Shown here one piece after another: positions 8,401 through 18,230 of a stretch of DNA of 31,459 bases. The stretch comes from an uncultured Rikenella sp. (GTDB lineage Bacteria; Bacteroidota; Bacteroidia; Bacteroidales; VadinHA17). The DNA lies in assembly GCA_964524635.1 (NCBI GenBank), contig CAZGDJ010000002.1, forward strand, positions 1-31,459, read 5' to 3'. How positions within the stretch are numbered: the first letter of the stretch is position 1; each line of letters starts with the position of its first letter. The notes under the pieces are model-generated. The model saw nothing but the letters and a program-made list of their open reading frames with translations. It was not told the origin of the DNA and ran no database searches. Position numbers and translations under genes: made by a program.

Positions 8401-8408
8401 TAATTTTG
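8401..8408 (+). promoter_or_regulatory. -7 promoter element upstream of the slt-uvrA-LOG cluster
   Basis: TAATTTTG, 22 nt before the ATG at 8431. Confidence 0.6.
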
Positions 8409-8430
8409 CATTTATAATATTGGGCGGATC

Positions 8431-9369
8431 ATGAAAGTTAAAGTTGGGAATGGAGCACTTATACTCCTTATAGCATTAAGTGCCGGGTTCATTGTAATGA
8501 TAATCTCGGGTGCCCGGGGATCAGGTTCTGGTAATTATAAAGAAAAAGAAGGAAGGCCTGTCTCTTCCTCATGGGAGATACCCGATACTGTCTCGTTTGC
8601 CGGTGAGGCTATGCCGCTTAGTAACTTTGATACACGCGAGAGTCTTGACAGGGAACTTAATGCCACTGCTTACAGACATGGTTCTACAATTCTGACAATA
8701 AAGAGAGCAGGCCGTTATTTCCCGGAGATAGAAAAGATACTCAGGGAGTATGGAATACCGGATGATTTTAAATACCTGGCATGTGCTGAAAGCGATCTTG
8801 CAAATGCTGTATCACCTGTAGGGGCTACGGGATTCTGGCAGATAATGGAATCAACAGGGAAAGAATATGGAATGATCATTAACAAGGAGATCGATCAGCG
8901 TTACAATCTCGAGCAATCAACAATCTTCGCATGCAAGTTTTTCAGAAAGACATATGAGAGATATGGAAGCTGGACTATGGCTGCTGCATCATATAATAAT
9001 GGCATTAGCGGGCTTGATGAGCAGGTGGAAATACAAAAGGAAACAAACTATTATGACCTGCTTCTTAATGAAGAGACAGCAAGGTATATTTTCCGTATAA
9101 CAGCATTGAAGCTGATAATGTCAGAACCTGAAAAATATGATTTCGAGATAAATGAAAGGGATATTTATAAACCCATCAAATATTATGAAGTAAAGATTGA
9201 CACAGCTGTTGCCAGCTTTGAACAGTTCTCCAGACATTTCGGAACTAACTATAAGATGCTGAAGTTTCTAAACCCATGGTTGCGAAAGCCGTTTCTTACA
9301 AATAGCACTGGACAGGAATATATCATAAGGGTGCCAGCAAAGGGAGCCAGGGTCTCTTCTGATATTTAA
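8431..9369 (+). CDS. Lytic transglycosylase (SLT/MltD-like) with N-terminal membrane anchor
   Basis: Catalytic motif I (YLACAES), GATGFWQIM, AAASYNNG; degenerate LysM-like C-terminus. Confidence 0.88.
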   Translation: MKVKVGNGALILLIALSAGFIVMIISGARGSGSGNYKEKEGRPVSSSWEIPDTVSFAGEAMPLSNFDTRESLDRELNATAYRHGSTILTIKRAGRYFPEIEKILREYGIPDDFKYLACAESDLANAVSPVGATGFWQIMESTGKEYGMIINKEIDQRYNLEQSTIFACKFFRKTYERYGSWTMAAASYNNGISGLDEQVEIQKETNYYDLLLNEETARYIFRITALKLIMSEPEKYDFEINERDIYKPIKYYEVKIDTAVASFEQFSRHFGTNYKMLKFLNPWLRKPFLTNSTGQEYIIRVPAKGARVSSDI

Positions 9370-9373
9370 GGGT

Positions 9374-12208
9374 ATGTCTGATCAGAAAGATGAGATAAGT
9401 GTTTATGGTGCCAGGGTACATAACCTGCGCAATATTTCCCTGACGATACCTCGCAATAAACTTGTTGTCATTACCGGACTCAGCGGGAGCGGTAAGTCAT
9501 CCCTTGCCTTTGATACTATTTATGCTGAAGGCCAGAGAAGGTACATGGAGACTCTCTCTGCATATGCGCGTCAGTTTCTGGGTGGGATGGAACGCCCTGA
9601 TGTTGACCGCATTACAGGACTTAGTCCTGTAATTTCCATTGAGCAAAAGACCACAAACAAGAACCCGCGTTCCACTGTGGGTACAATAACTGAGATTTAT
9701 GATTTTCTGAGGCTTTTATTTGCACGGGCTGCAGATGCTTATTCCTATGCATCGGGTGAGAAGATGGTTAAGTACACAGATACACAGATACTTGACCTGG
9801 TGGCTTCGAAATATAAAGGAAGGAAAATATACATCCTTGCACCATTAATCAAGGGTCGCAAAGGACACTACAAAGAGCTCTTTGAACAGTTAAGACGAAA
9901 AGGATTTCTTCATTGCCGCATTGACAATGAGGTAAAAGAGATCACTTCCGGAATGAAGCTTGATAGGTATAAATCGCATTTCATTGAACTGGTTATTGAC
10001 AAGTTCCATGCCGGTAATGTATCTGAAAAAAGATTGCATGATGCTGTCCTTCTTGCGCTTGACCAGGGAGATGGCATAATGATGGTGGTTGATGCAGATG
10101 ACAACACCCAGCGTTATTTCAGCCGGCACCTGATGTGCCCTGTGACAGGATTATCATATAACGAACCCGCTCCTCATACCTTTTCATTTAACTCACCGCA
10201 AGGCGCATGTCCCCATTGTAACGGTCTGGGAGAAGTGTCGGAAGTGGATGTGAGACGTATGATGCCTGATCCTGGATTAAGTATTCGTAAAGGAGGGATA
10301 GAACCTATTGGCAAGTACCGCAATATCTGGATATTCTGGATGATAGAAGCTATTGCAGATAAATACGGATTTACAATTGATATCCCGGTTAAAGAAATAC
10401 CTGAAGAAGCATTAAATAAGATATTTTTCGGTTCTGATGAAGTGCTTAAGCTTTCCAACACCCCTCTGGGAATGACTTCCAACTACTTCATGACTTTTGA
10501 AGGTGTTGTCAATTATGTTGGCAACATGGAAGCTATAAATGGCGGGAAATCAAACGGTACCAGTAAGCGCAGGGAGCAGTACATTCAATACAAAGTATGC
10601 CCGGAGTGTAATGGTACAAGACTGAAGAAAGAAGCTCTCTGGTTTCGTTTCGCAGAAAAAAACATAGGAGAGCTGGCTACAATGGACCTGACAGAATTAA
10701 ATCTCTTTCTTGAAACTTCACTGGAGAAAATGTCATCAAAGCAGAGGAAGATAGCTTCAGAGATTGTCAAAGAGTTAAGATCACGTCTTCATTTTCTCCT
10801 TGATGTAGGGCTGGATTACCTTTCACTTAATCGTGGAGCCAGAACACTTTCCGGGGGTGAAAGTCAGCGTATCAGGCTTGCCACACAGATAGGTTCAAAG
10901 CTTGTCAATGTGCTTTACATCCTTGATGAGCCATCGATAGGGCTGCATCAACGAGATAACCGCAGGCTCATCAGCGCCCTGCAAAACCTTCGTGACGCAG
11001 GAAACTCGGTCATTGTTGTTGAGCATGATAAGGAGATGATACTTAATGCTGATCATATTATTGACATGGGCCCCGGTGCCGGAATACATGGTGGTGCTGT
11101 TGTAGCTGAGGGCACACCTGAAAAAATACTCGGAAGTAAATCCACGACCGCCCGCTATCTGAGTGGTGAAATGAAAATTAAAACTCCTGAAACAAGGAGA
11201 CCTGGTAATGGTGAATTTTTGTCGATAAAGGGAGCCAGGGGCAATAATCTGCAGGGGATTGATGTCACATTTCCGCTGGGGACTTTTATTTGTATTACAG
11301 GTGTATCAGGTAGCGGTAAATCTACCCTTGTAAATCATACATTGCACCCGGCACTGGCACGTAAGCTGTATAACTCAGGTAAGATACCACTTCCTCATGA
11401 GGAAATATCAGGTACAGAGCATATTGACAAAGTGATTGAAGTTGATCAGGCTCCTATTGGTCGCACACCACGGTCAAATCCTGCAACCTATACCGGTGTC
11501 TTTACAGACATACGTAACCTCTTTGCCATAACGCCTGATGCAAAGATCAGGGGCTTTGGCTCAGGTCGTTTTTCATTTAATACGCATGGCGGCAGATGTG
11601 AAGGGTGCGAAGGCGCAGGCGTGAAGACCATTGAAATGAACTTTCTTCCTGATGTTTATGTCATGTGTCCTGACTGTGGAGGCAAACGGTATAACCGCGA
11701 AACCCTGGAGGTAAAATACAAGGGTCGCTCGATAAATGATGTACTTGAACTAACAATAAACGATGCAGTCGAATTCTTCAAAAGCATCCCTTCCATACAT
11801 CATAAAATAAAGACCTTACAGGATGTGGGACTAGGGTATATACGTCTTGGACAACCTTCCACAACACTGTCCGGTGGAGAATCACAGCGTGTCAAGCTGG
11901 CAACTGAGCTTGCACGCCGTGACACCGGACGAACATTGTATATCCTCGATGAACCTACCACTGGCCTTCATTTTGATGATGTAAGAGTGCTCCTTGAAGT
12001 GCTTGAAAAGCTTGTTGACAGGGGCAATACTGTCATTGTAATTGAGCATAATATGGATGTGATTAAGGTTGCGGATTATATCATTGACCTAGGCAAAGAA
12101 GGTGGAAGGGGAGGAGGAAAAGTAATCTTCAGCGGAACTCCGGAAGAGCTGATAAAAGTAAAAAATAATTATACCGGTGAGTTCCTTAAAGCAGAAATTA
12201 AAAGATAG
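9374..12208 (+). CDS. uvrA: Excinuclease ABC subunit A
   Basis: Two ABC ATPase modules (GLSGSGKSS and GVSGSGKST; two LSGGESQR); zinc fingers CPHCNG/CPECNG and CEGCEG/CPDCGG; 944 aa. Confidence 0.97.
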   Translation: MSDQKDEISVYGARVHNLRNISLTIPRNKLVVITGLSGSGKSSLAFDTIYAEGQRRYMETLSAYARQFLGGMERPDVDRITGLSPVISIEQKTTNKNPRSTVGTITEIYDFLRLLFARAADAYSYASGEKMVKYTDTQILDLVASKYKGRKIYILAPLIKGRKGHYKELFEQLRRKGFLHCRIDNEVKEITSGMKLDRYKSHFIELVIDKFHAGNVSEKRLHDAVLLALDQGDGIMMVVDADDNTQRYFSRHLMCPVTGLSYNEPAPHTFSFNSPQGACPHCNGLGEVSEVDVRRMMPDPGLSIRKGGIEPIGKYRNIWIFWMIEAIADKYGFTIDIPVKEIPEEALNKIFFGSDEVLKLSNTPLGMTSNYFMTFEGVVNYVGNMEAINGGKSNGTSKRREQYIQYKVCPECNGTRLKKEALWFRFAEKNIGELATMDLTELNLFLETSLEKMSSKQRKIASEIVKELRSRLHFLLDVGLDYLSLNRGARTLSGGESQRIRLATQIGSKLVNVLYILDEPSIGLHQRDNRRLISALQNLRDAGNSVIVVEHDKEMILNADHIIDMGPGAGIHGGAVVAEGTPEKILGSKSTTARYLSGEMKIKTPETRRPGNGEFLSIKGARGNNLQGIDVTFPLGTFICITGVSGSGKSTLVNHTLHPALARKLYNSGKIPLPHEEISGTEHIDKVIEVDQAPIGRTPRSNPATYTGVFTDIRNLFAITPDAKIRGFGSGRFSFNTHGGRCEGCEGAGVKTIEMNFLPDVYVMCPDCGGKRYNRETLEVKYKGRSINDVLELTINDAVEFFKSIPSIHHKIKTLQDVGLGYIRLGQPSTTLSGGESQRVKLATELARRDTGRTLYILDEPTTGLHFDDVRVLLEVLEKLVDRGNTVIVIEHNMDVIKVADYIIDLGKEGGRGGGKVIFSGTPEELIKVKNNYTGEFLKAEIKR

Positions 12209-12244
12209 AAAACACTATATTTGAGCTGATTAAAGAGAGGACTT

Positions 12245-12955
12245 ATGGACGAGACAACAGACCTGATCAAGGATGCATTTGAACCAAAAACATGGCACGA
12301 AATTCATACAATGGACTCCTGGAGAGTCTTTAAAATCATCTCAGAACTGGTGGAGGGATTTGAAAAGCTTGCAAGGATAGGACCCAGCGTAGCAATTTTT
12401 GGCTCTGCCAGAACACACTTTAACAATAAGTACTATAAACTTGCTGATGAGATTGCATTCAGACTGGTTCAGAAGGGTTATGGTGTCATCACCGGAGGAG
12501 GACCAGGCATCATGGAAGCTGCAAACAAGGGTGCAAAAAGAGGTAACGGAAAGTCAGCCGGAATAAATATTGATCTGCCTTTTGAACAGAAACCAAATCC
12601 CTATATTGACCGTGATAAGATAATCACGTTCGATTATTTCTTTGTCCGCAAAGTCATGTTCATGAAATATGCCCAGGGTTTCATTGTATTGCCGGGTGGA
12701 TTCGGAACATTTGACGAGCTCTTTGAGGCTATAACACTTATTCAGACCAAGAAAATTGGTCGCTTCCCGATTGTTCTCGTGGGAGAGGAGTATTGGTCAG
12801 GGCTGTTGGACTGGATCACAAATGTGATGATGGGTGAAGAGCATAACATATCACCCGATGATTTACATCTTTTCAGGATAGTTGACACTGCCGAAGAAGC
12901 TGTAAATTACATTGACCAGTTCTACTCAAGGTACCTGCTGAGCCCCAACTTCTGA
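12245..12955 (+). CDS. LOG-family nucleotide phosphoribohydrolase (TIGR00730-like)
   Basis: IFGSAR, TGGGPGIMEAANKGA, YFFVRKVMF and PGGFGTFDE motifs; N-terminal extension SWRVFKIISELVEGFE. Confidence 0.9.
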   Translation: MDETTDLIKDAFEPKTWHEIHTMDSWRVFKIISELVEGFEKLARIGPSVAIFGSARTHFNNKYYKLADEIAFRLVQKGYGVITGGGPGIMEAANKGAKRGNGKSAGINIDLPFEQKPNPYIDRDKIITFDYFFVRKVMFMKYAQGFIVLPGGFGTFDELFEAITLIQTKKIGRFPIVLVGEEYWSGLLDWITNVMMGEEHNISPDDLHLFRIVDTAEEAVNYIDQFYSRYLLSPNF

Positions 12956-12964
12956 TAGACACGA

Positions 12965-13432
12965 CTACTTGTTCCTGGCTTTTGTGTGGAAGTCCATTTC
13001 ACGGCTGTGATCTTTCTTTTTCAGATCCTCGCGCTTGTCATATTGCTTCTTGCCCTTTGCCAGAGCTATCTCAACCTTGGCCAGACCGCGATCATTAATG
13101 AACATTTTAAGAACAATTATGGTCAGTCCTGTCTCCTTGACTTTTCTCTCCCATTTTGACAACTCCCTCTTTGTTAAAAGAAGCTTGCGCTCACCAAGAG
13201 GGTCATGGTTATTGATATTGCCCCAATAATATTCCGAGATATGCATCCCGGTGACAAAAAGCTCGCCATTGCGGAAGGCACAAAATGAATCTGTCAGGTT
13301 TGCCTTCCCGGCCCGTATCGATTTTATTTCAGTTCCGGTAAGCTTTATTCCTGCAATGAGTTTCTCTATAAACTCATAGTCATGAGCTGCCCTCCTGTTT
13401 TTTATGATAATATTGCTGGTGTCCTTCCTCAT
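12965..13432 (-). CDS. smpB: SsrA-binding protein
   Basis: [43 protein letters not shown]. Confidence 0.96.
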   Translation of the reverse strand: MRKDTSNIIIKNRRAAHDYEFIEKLIAGIKLTGTEIKSIRAGKANLTDSFCAFRNGELFVTGMHISEYYWGNINNHDPLGERKLLLTKRELSKWERKVKETGLTIIVLKMFINDRGLAKVEIALAKGKKQYDKREDLKKKDHSREMDFHTKARNK

Positions 13433-13440
13433 TAATCAAT

Positions 13441-14022
13441 TCAGGCAAAAAGGGCAAAGTAGATTGTCTCGGTAAGTTTTGAGAAAGCTATCTGAAGGAT
13501 GACGAATATGATAACCATTGATAATACCGATGCAATTACCATCGGCATCTTCTTATGATCCGGCGGATTAAGCATTTTTACCATTCCGATCCAGAGAATA
13601 TATAAACTCGCAAGACTCAGTATGTTAATGAAAAGAAGCGATTCAAACAGCCTGCTGACTGCAAGACAAAGGAACAGAGGAGTCAGGGAGTACGCAACAA
13701 GCTTGAAAGCAACAACAAAATCATGACCCAGGTCGAGAGCCTTAGTGATCTCACGGATAACCAATGCTGAGCCATAAACACCCAGGTACAGTACAATGAA
13801 TGTATCTGCTGCCACAAGCAGTGAATAGACTGGCTTGAGTGTGTTGTTGATAAAAAGCAATGATCCAAAAAATGAACATAGAGATACAAAGATAATCAGT
13901 GGCATGAAGAAGCTGCCCCGAACAAATTTGATGGGCCTGTTCTCACGATAGACAACATCCCATGCACTTCCGGGATTTATGATAAAATACTTGACCCTGT
14001 GAAAAAGAAACCTGAAATCCAT
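13441..14022 (-). CDS. Yip1-family membrane protein
   Basis: About five TM helices; N-terminal NPGSAW; lies directly upstream of smpB, a pairing common in Bacteroidota. Confidence 0.75.
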   Translation of the reverse strand: MDFRFLFHRVKYFIINPGSAWDVVYRENRPIKFVRGSFFMPLIIFVSLCSFFGSLLFINNTLKPVYSLLVAADTFIVLYLGVYGSALVIREITKALDLGHDFVVAFKLVAYSLTPLFLCLAVSRLFESLLFINILSLASLYILWIGMVKMLNPPDHKKMPMVIASVLSMVIIFVILQIAFSKLTETIYFALFA

Positions 14023-14044
14023 GGCTTCTATTGTTTTAGACCGG

Positions 14045-14052
14045 CAAAATTA
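14045..14052 (-). promoter_or_regulatory. -7 promoter element for Yip1-smpB
   Basis: CAAAATTA on + reads TAATTTTG on -, 22 nt upstream of the Yip1 start. Confidence 0.6.
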
Positions 14053-14100
14053 AGTAAAATAGCTTTACTGTGATCTCTTTTCAAGTATCTTTAATTTGCC

Positions 14101-15030
14101 ATGAAGAATCATGAATATGATATAATCGTAATCACCGGCCCGACTGCCACAGGCAAAACACGTTTGGCAGCACTTGTAGCCTCTAAGCTTGGAAGTGAGG
14201 TTATAAGTGCCGATTCACGACAGGTTTATCGCAATATGGATATCGGAACAGGGAAAGACCTCTCTGACTACTGTGTAAACGGAACGGAGGTGCCTTATCA
14301 CCTGGTTGACATTGTTGATGCCGGCTACTGGTACAATGTGTTTGAATATCAGCGTGATTTTATTAAGGTTTATTATGAAATGCATGGTCGCAGACTGACT
14401 CCTGTTGTCTGCGGTGGCTCCGGCATGTACATTGACAGTGTTGTCAGCGGCTATCGTCTTACACAGGTCCCCGTCAATGAAAAGTTGCGGAAAAAGCTGT
14501 CGGGTCGCTCGCTGGAGGAGCTGACTGCCATACTTTCAGAATATAAGAGGCTGCATAATAAAACGGATGTTGATACTGCCAAGCGCGCTGTAAGAGCAAT
14601 TGAGATCGCGGAGTATTATAAGGATCATTCTGCTGATCTTGAACCTTTTCCAGAGATATACCCCCTTGTGATAGGTATAATGTATGACCGTGATACGCGG
14701 CGTGAACGCATAAGTAAAAGACTAAAAGACAGGCTTGACAATGGCATGATAGATGAGGTGCGCAGGTTGATAGACACAGGCGTGCACCCTGATGACCTTA
14801 TATACTATGGTCTTGAATATAAGTACGTTACGCTTTACCTTCTTAATAAAATGAGCTTTGATGAGATGTATCACAAGCTGGAGATAGAGATTCACAGGTT
14901 TGCCAAGCGTCAGATGACATGGTTCAGGGGTATGGAGAGGCGTGGTATTGTTATCAACTGGATTGACGGAGCTGTGAGTGAAGAGGAGAAGGTTATGAAA
15001 GTGCTTCAACTGGCTAATTACAAATATTAA
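14101..15030 (+). CDS. miaA: tRNA dimethylallyltransferase (Bacteroidota MiaA paralog type)
   Basis: GPTATGKT, ISADSRQVY, MDIGTGKD, VCGGSGMY, FAKRQMTWFR. Confidence 0.88.
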   Translation: MKNHEYDIIVITGPTATGKTRLAALVASKLGSEVISADSRQVYRNMDIGTGKDLSDYCVNGTEVPYHLVDIVDAGYWYNVFEYQRDFIKVYYEMHGRRLTPVVCGGSGMYIDSVVSGYRLTQVPVNEKLRKKLSGRSLEELTAILSEYKRLHNKTDVDTAKRAVRAIEIAEYYKDHSADLEPFPEIYPLVIGIMYDRDTRRERISKRLKDRLDNGMIDEVRRLIDTGVHPDDLIYYGLEYKYVTLYLLNKMSFDEMYHKLEIEIHRFAKRQMTWFRGMERRGIVINWIDGAVSEEEKVMKVLQLANYKY

Positions 15031-15035
15031 TATTA

Positions 15036-15106
15036 AGACAAAAGACAAAAGTAAAAAGATAAAAGTGACGCCATCTGTACGCTTTTGCCTTTTGCCTTTT
15101 GTCTTT
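15036..15106. repeat. Heptamer-based inverted-repeat element, copy 2; probable bidirectional terminator
   Basis: Left arm ACAAAAG-ACAAAAG-TAAAAAG-ATAAAAG; right arm CTTTTGC-CTTTTGC-CTTTTGT-CTTT; about 25-bp imperfect stem (15041-15065 with 15082-15106) and a 16-nt loop; fills the gap between convergent miaA and the mutS-like gene. Confidence 0.85.
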
Positions 15107-16889
15107 ACACTTTTATGCCCATTTTCTTCATCAGTATTGAGGCATTCAGGCTGGTACATTTGCCAGGAGTAAGCTTATAGTCAAAGAATAATTCTTCACC
15201 GTTGACCTTGACATCAAAATGATAGTTGTCAATTCTGCCCGGTAATTCATCTGACAGTTCTGTCAGTTTCATATCATGAGTAGCCACCATTGCCATCGTG
15301 CCGTAGCCGGCGAGTTGTTTAATCAGGGCAACTGATCCCGTGAAACGGTCGTTTGAGTTGGTGCCCCGCAGTATTTCATCAAGCAGAAGTAATACCCGCG
15401 AATTTTTTTCTGCTTCGTTTATGATTGAATGAAGTCTTTTCAGCTCGGCATAGAATGAGGAAATATTATCTTCAAGCGAGTCTGAAATACGCATACTTGA
15501 ATGGACATTCACCAGGGAAACAGAAAATGATGTGGCGCATACCGGGGCACCGGAAAGTGCAAGGACGGTATTTATGCCGCAGGTCCTGAGAAAGGTGCTT
15601 TTGCCTGACATGTTCGACCCGGTGACAAGAATAGCTTTGCCTTCGCCCATTATTTCGAGATCATTGTTTATACGCCGTTTTGAGGGAATTAGCGGATGGC
15701 CAGTGTTGACAGCCTTTAAAACAAAGAACTCCGGCACAATTTGAGGGATGGCCCAGTCAGGATTGTTATATGCCATGTTGGCATAAGATGATAATACCTC
15801 GAACTCAGCCATCGAGGCAAACCATAATGGGATTTTCAAAGAGTGATCGCTCTTCCATTTCTCCAATGCAAGACAATATCTGATATCATTGAAAAACAGA
15901 AGATTGAGAGGAAGTGATACCAGCACATTAAGCCTTCTGTCAAGCTTATTGACGAGAGATGAAAGTTTTTTTATCTGTTCCGAAGCTGTAATATCATTCG
16001 TAAAGACAGCCCTCATTTTGCTGAGCTTCCCGGAAGCAAATTTTTCTTTTTCAATCAGTCCTATAATTGATGAGTACGTTCGTAACAGGTCAGATGATCT
16101 GCTGACCTGCAAATGCAGGTTTGAAATTTTCTTTGACAGGGCGAAATTCAGAAGGAAGCTCATCAATAAAGGCGGAGCCAGAATACCTGCGGGGAAACTG
16201 GTTATGACCAGGATGACAGCTGTGACTGTCAGTGCCGAAAAGATTCCCATCAGAAACATAAGCCTCCGGCGGTTCACGAAAATATTTTTGCTGTCAAGCC
16301 ATCTCAGCAGATTTTCAGGGTCGTTGCCTGTTTTGGTGATGTCATGCCCCACTGTCATCAGATCCTGCCTCCAGTCTATCAATGGCTTCAATTCAGCGAC
16401 AGCTTCCTGGCGCAATTTGATTTCACAAAGCGATGCGGGACTTTTCAGATATTCTGCAAGCAGATCTGATGCCGGTTTGCTTGTTGTACGGCAGATATAC
16501 TGAAAAAGCGATGCCTTGCCGAAGATATCAAGATCATATGTGTAAGGATGATCCCTGCTGATGTACTGAGCGCCTTCATTATAATCTGAGAAGCTCCCGT
16601 TGCAGCATTCAAGCTCAGAGTTGTTGATTGTCAGGAGGTCGTTGTGATAGACTCTCTTCTTTTCGGTTATATTATAATAAACTATCAGCCAGACGAAGGC
16701 AATAAGAGATGCAACCAGAACCACAAAGGCAATAGTAACTGAAAAAGAGGAAAGAGCAACGAACAGCACGAGTCCGCTTATGAAAACAATCAATCGTGCC
16801 ATGGAGATGCGGTTTCCGGTTTTTTGCAACCTGTCGGCCTGAAGACCGAAATAGTTTATCCTTTTTTCGTATATTTCGTTTGGCAGCAT
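15105..16889 (-). CDS. Membrane-anchored MutS-family ATPase (domain III/V only; not canonical MutS1)
   Basis: Walker A GSNMSGKST, SSFYAE, Walker B LLLDEILRGTNS, ATHD; two pairs of hydrophobic helices; no mismatch-recognition domain. Start chosen at the ATG at 16889 (the track extends to 16928). Confidence 0.85.
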   Translation of the reverse strand: MLPNEIYEKRINYFGLQADRLQKTGNRISMARLIVFISGLVLFVALSSFSVTIAFVVLVASLIAFVWLIVYYNITEKKRVYHNDLLTINNSELECCNGSFSDYNEGAQYISRDHPYTYDLDIFGKASLFQYICRTTSKPASDLLAEYLKSPASLCEIKLRQEAVAELKPLIDWRQDLMTVGHDITKTGNDPENLLRWLDSKNIFVNRRRLMFLMGIFSALTVTAVILVITSFPAGILAPPLLMSFLLNFALSKKISNLHLQVSRSSDLLRTYSSIIGLIEKEKFASGKLSKMRAVFTNDITASEQIKKLSSLVNKLDRRLNVLVSLPLNLLFFNDIRYCLALEKWKSDHSLKIPLWFASMAEFEVLSSYANMAYNNPDWAIPQIVPEFFVLKAVNTGHPLIPSKRRINNDLEIMGEGKAILVTGSNMSGKSTFLRTCGINTVLALSGAPVCATSFSVSLVNVHSSMRISDSLEDNISSFYAELKRLHSIINEAEKNSRVLLLLDEILRGTNSNDRFTGSVALIKQLAGYGTMAMVATHDMKLTELSDELPGRIDNYHFDVKVNGEELFFDYKLTPGKCTSLNASILMKKMGIKV

Positions 16890-16984
16890 CCTGAATGATT
16901 TAAATATAAAGCTAATAATTACGACCAATTATTGAAGAATATATTTAACCCGTAAACCTGCAGCTTAACTTAGACAAATCTAAA

Positions 16985-17464
16985 ATGTTTGTATTCAGGA
17001 CAATACAAGAGCATGACAATATTATCCTTGCCGCGATAATCAGGAATGTCTTTAATGAGTATGATATACCCAGAACCGGAACTGTTTATTCTGACCCCCG
17101 TACTGACGATCTGTTTAAGCTGTTTGAGACTCCCGGATCACATTATTGGGTTGTCGAAGAAGATGGGAGAATCCTTGGTGGTTGTGGTATATTTCCGACA
17201 GAAGGTCTGCCTGATGGTTGTGCAGAACTGGTAAAGTTTTATTTGTCGCCTGACGCAAGAGGTAAAGGCATCGGGAAAGAGCTTATGGAAAAAAGCCTTG
17301 ACTCTGCCAGAAAACTGGGATACAAAATGATTTACCTCGAGAGCTTCCCTCAGCTTGAAAAGGCTGTTGTAATCTATAAAAATGCCGGTTTCAGGATGTT
17401 GGATAAACCCCTTGGCAACTCGCGACACTCTGCATGTACTATGTGGATGATTAAGGATTTATAG
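16985..17464 (+). CDS. GNAT-family N-acetyltransferase (YjgM-like)
   Basis: ELVKFYLSPDARGKGIGKELM acetyl-CoA motif; AVVIYKNAGF. Confidence 0.88.
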   Translation: MFVFRTIQEHDNIILAAIIRNVFNEYDIPRTGTVYSDPRTDDLFKLFETPGSHYWVVEEDGRILGGCGIFPTEGLPDGCAELVKFYLSPDARGKGIGKELMEKSLDSARKLGYKMIYLESFPQLEKAVVIYKNAGFRMLDKPLGNSRHSACTMWMIKDL

Positions 17465-17502
17465 AATTATTATTTTCCTGCAGGTTCTTTACCTTCAGTT
17501 AC

Positions 17503-17526
17503 CTATTGTCTATTGTCTGCTGCCTA
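17503..17526. repeat. Short 7-nt-period tandem repeat
   Basis: CTATTGT CTATTGT CTGCTGC CTA, directly upstream of the pnuC -7 element. Confidence 0.5.
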
Positions 17527-17527
17527 G

Positions 17528-17535
17528 TATCTTTG
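17528..17535 (+). promoter_or_regulatory. -7 promoter element for pnuC
   Basis: TATCTTTG, 24 nt before the ATG at 17560. Confidence 0.6.
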
Positions 17536-17559
17536 CGACATCCAACTTTTCTGATCTAT

Positions 17560-18198
17560 ATGGACCTTATTCTGTTTGATTTTCTCGGTTACCGGATGAG
17601 CCTGCTTGAACTTCTGTCCGTCTTAACAGGTTTGGCAGCAGTATGGCTTGCTGCAAGAAGTAATATACTTACATGGTTTTTTGCCCTGGTTAATGCAATT
17701 CTCTTTTTTATTCTCTTTTACCAGGTGAACCTCTACTCAGGTATGGCCCTGCAGGTCTTCTTCTTCTGCAATGCCCTGTACGGATGGTATAACTGGCGAC
17801 GTGACAGCAGGGGAGTGAAGAAGCCTGTCACCTTATTGAAGCATAATCAGCGGGTGATCTGGATGGCTGTTATCTTAGCCGGGGCATTAAGTCTGGGAAC
17901 TGTCATGAGCCGGGTACACCTGTGGCTGCCTGACATTTTTCCTGAGAAAGCCACCTTTGTTTATACAGATGCTATGATAGCTGTAATGAGCATTGCAGCA
18001 TCCGTTCTTCTGGCAAAACTCAGGCTTGAAAACTGGATATTGTGGATATTGATTGACGTGATGAGCATCGCAATGTATGCCATGAAAGGAGTTATGCTCG
18101 TATCTCTTCAGTATCTTATTTTCCTTGGAATGGCAACATATGGTTTTTTGCAATGGAGAAAGAAAGTTGAAAGTTTAAAAGGTCCAACAGGTTTATAA
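17560..18198 (+). CDS. pnuC: Pnu-family vitamin/nucleoside transporter (substrate uncertain)
   Basis: About seven TM helices; YGWYNW and ENWILWILID (WxxWxxxN/D) motifs. Confidence 0.85.
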   Translation: MDLILFDFLGYRMSLLELLSVLTGLAAVWLAARSNILTWFFALVNAILFFILFYQVNLYSGMALQVFFFCNALYGWYNWRRDSRGVKKPVTLLKHNQRVIWMAVILAGALSLGTVMSRVHLWLPDIFPEKATFVYTDAMIAVMSIAASVLLAKLRLENWILWILIDVMSIAMYAMKGVMLVSLQYLIFLGMATYGFLQWRKKVESLKGPTGL

Positions 18199-18214
18199 AT
18201 ATTGAAAATCACCT

Positions 18215-18230
18215 AAACGCCCAAACGCCC
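18215..18230. repeat. 8-nt direct repeat
   Basis: AAACGCCC x2, followed by degenerate units, in the pnuC-lactonase spacer. Confidence 0.45.

Noticed and set aside
12956-13440. tmRNA (ssrA) near smpB
   Set aside because: No intergenic space or tRNA-like ends in the vicinity.
14722-15159. 145-aa minus-strand ORF crossing the heptamer repeat
   Set aside because: Antisense to miaA; its K/R-rich and hydrophobic stretches are simply translations of the A-rich and T-rich repeat arms.
15889-16503. 204-aa plus-strand ORF
   Set aside because: Antisense to the MutS-like gene; no domain motifs; long shadow ORFs are expected opposite real genes.
17465-17559. TPP or other riboswitch upstream of pnuC
   Set aside because: No conserved riboswitch core sequences, and the predicted leader is only about 24 nt.
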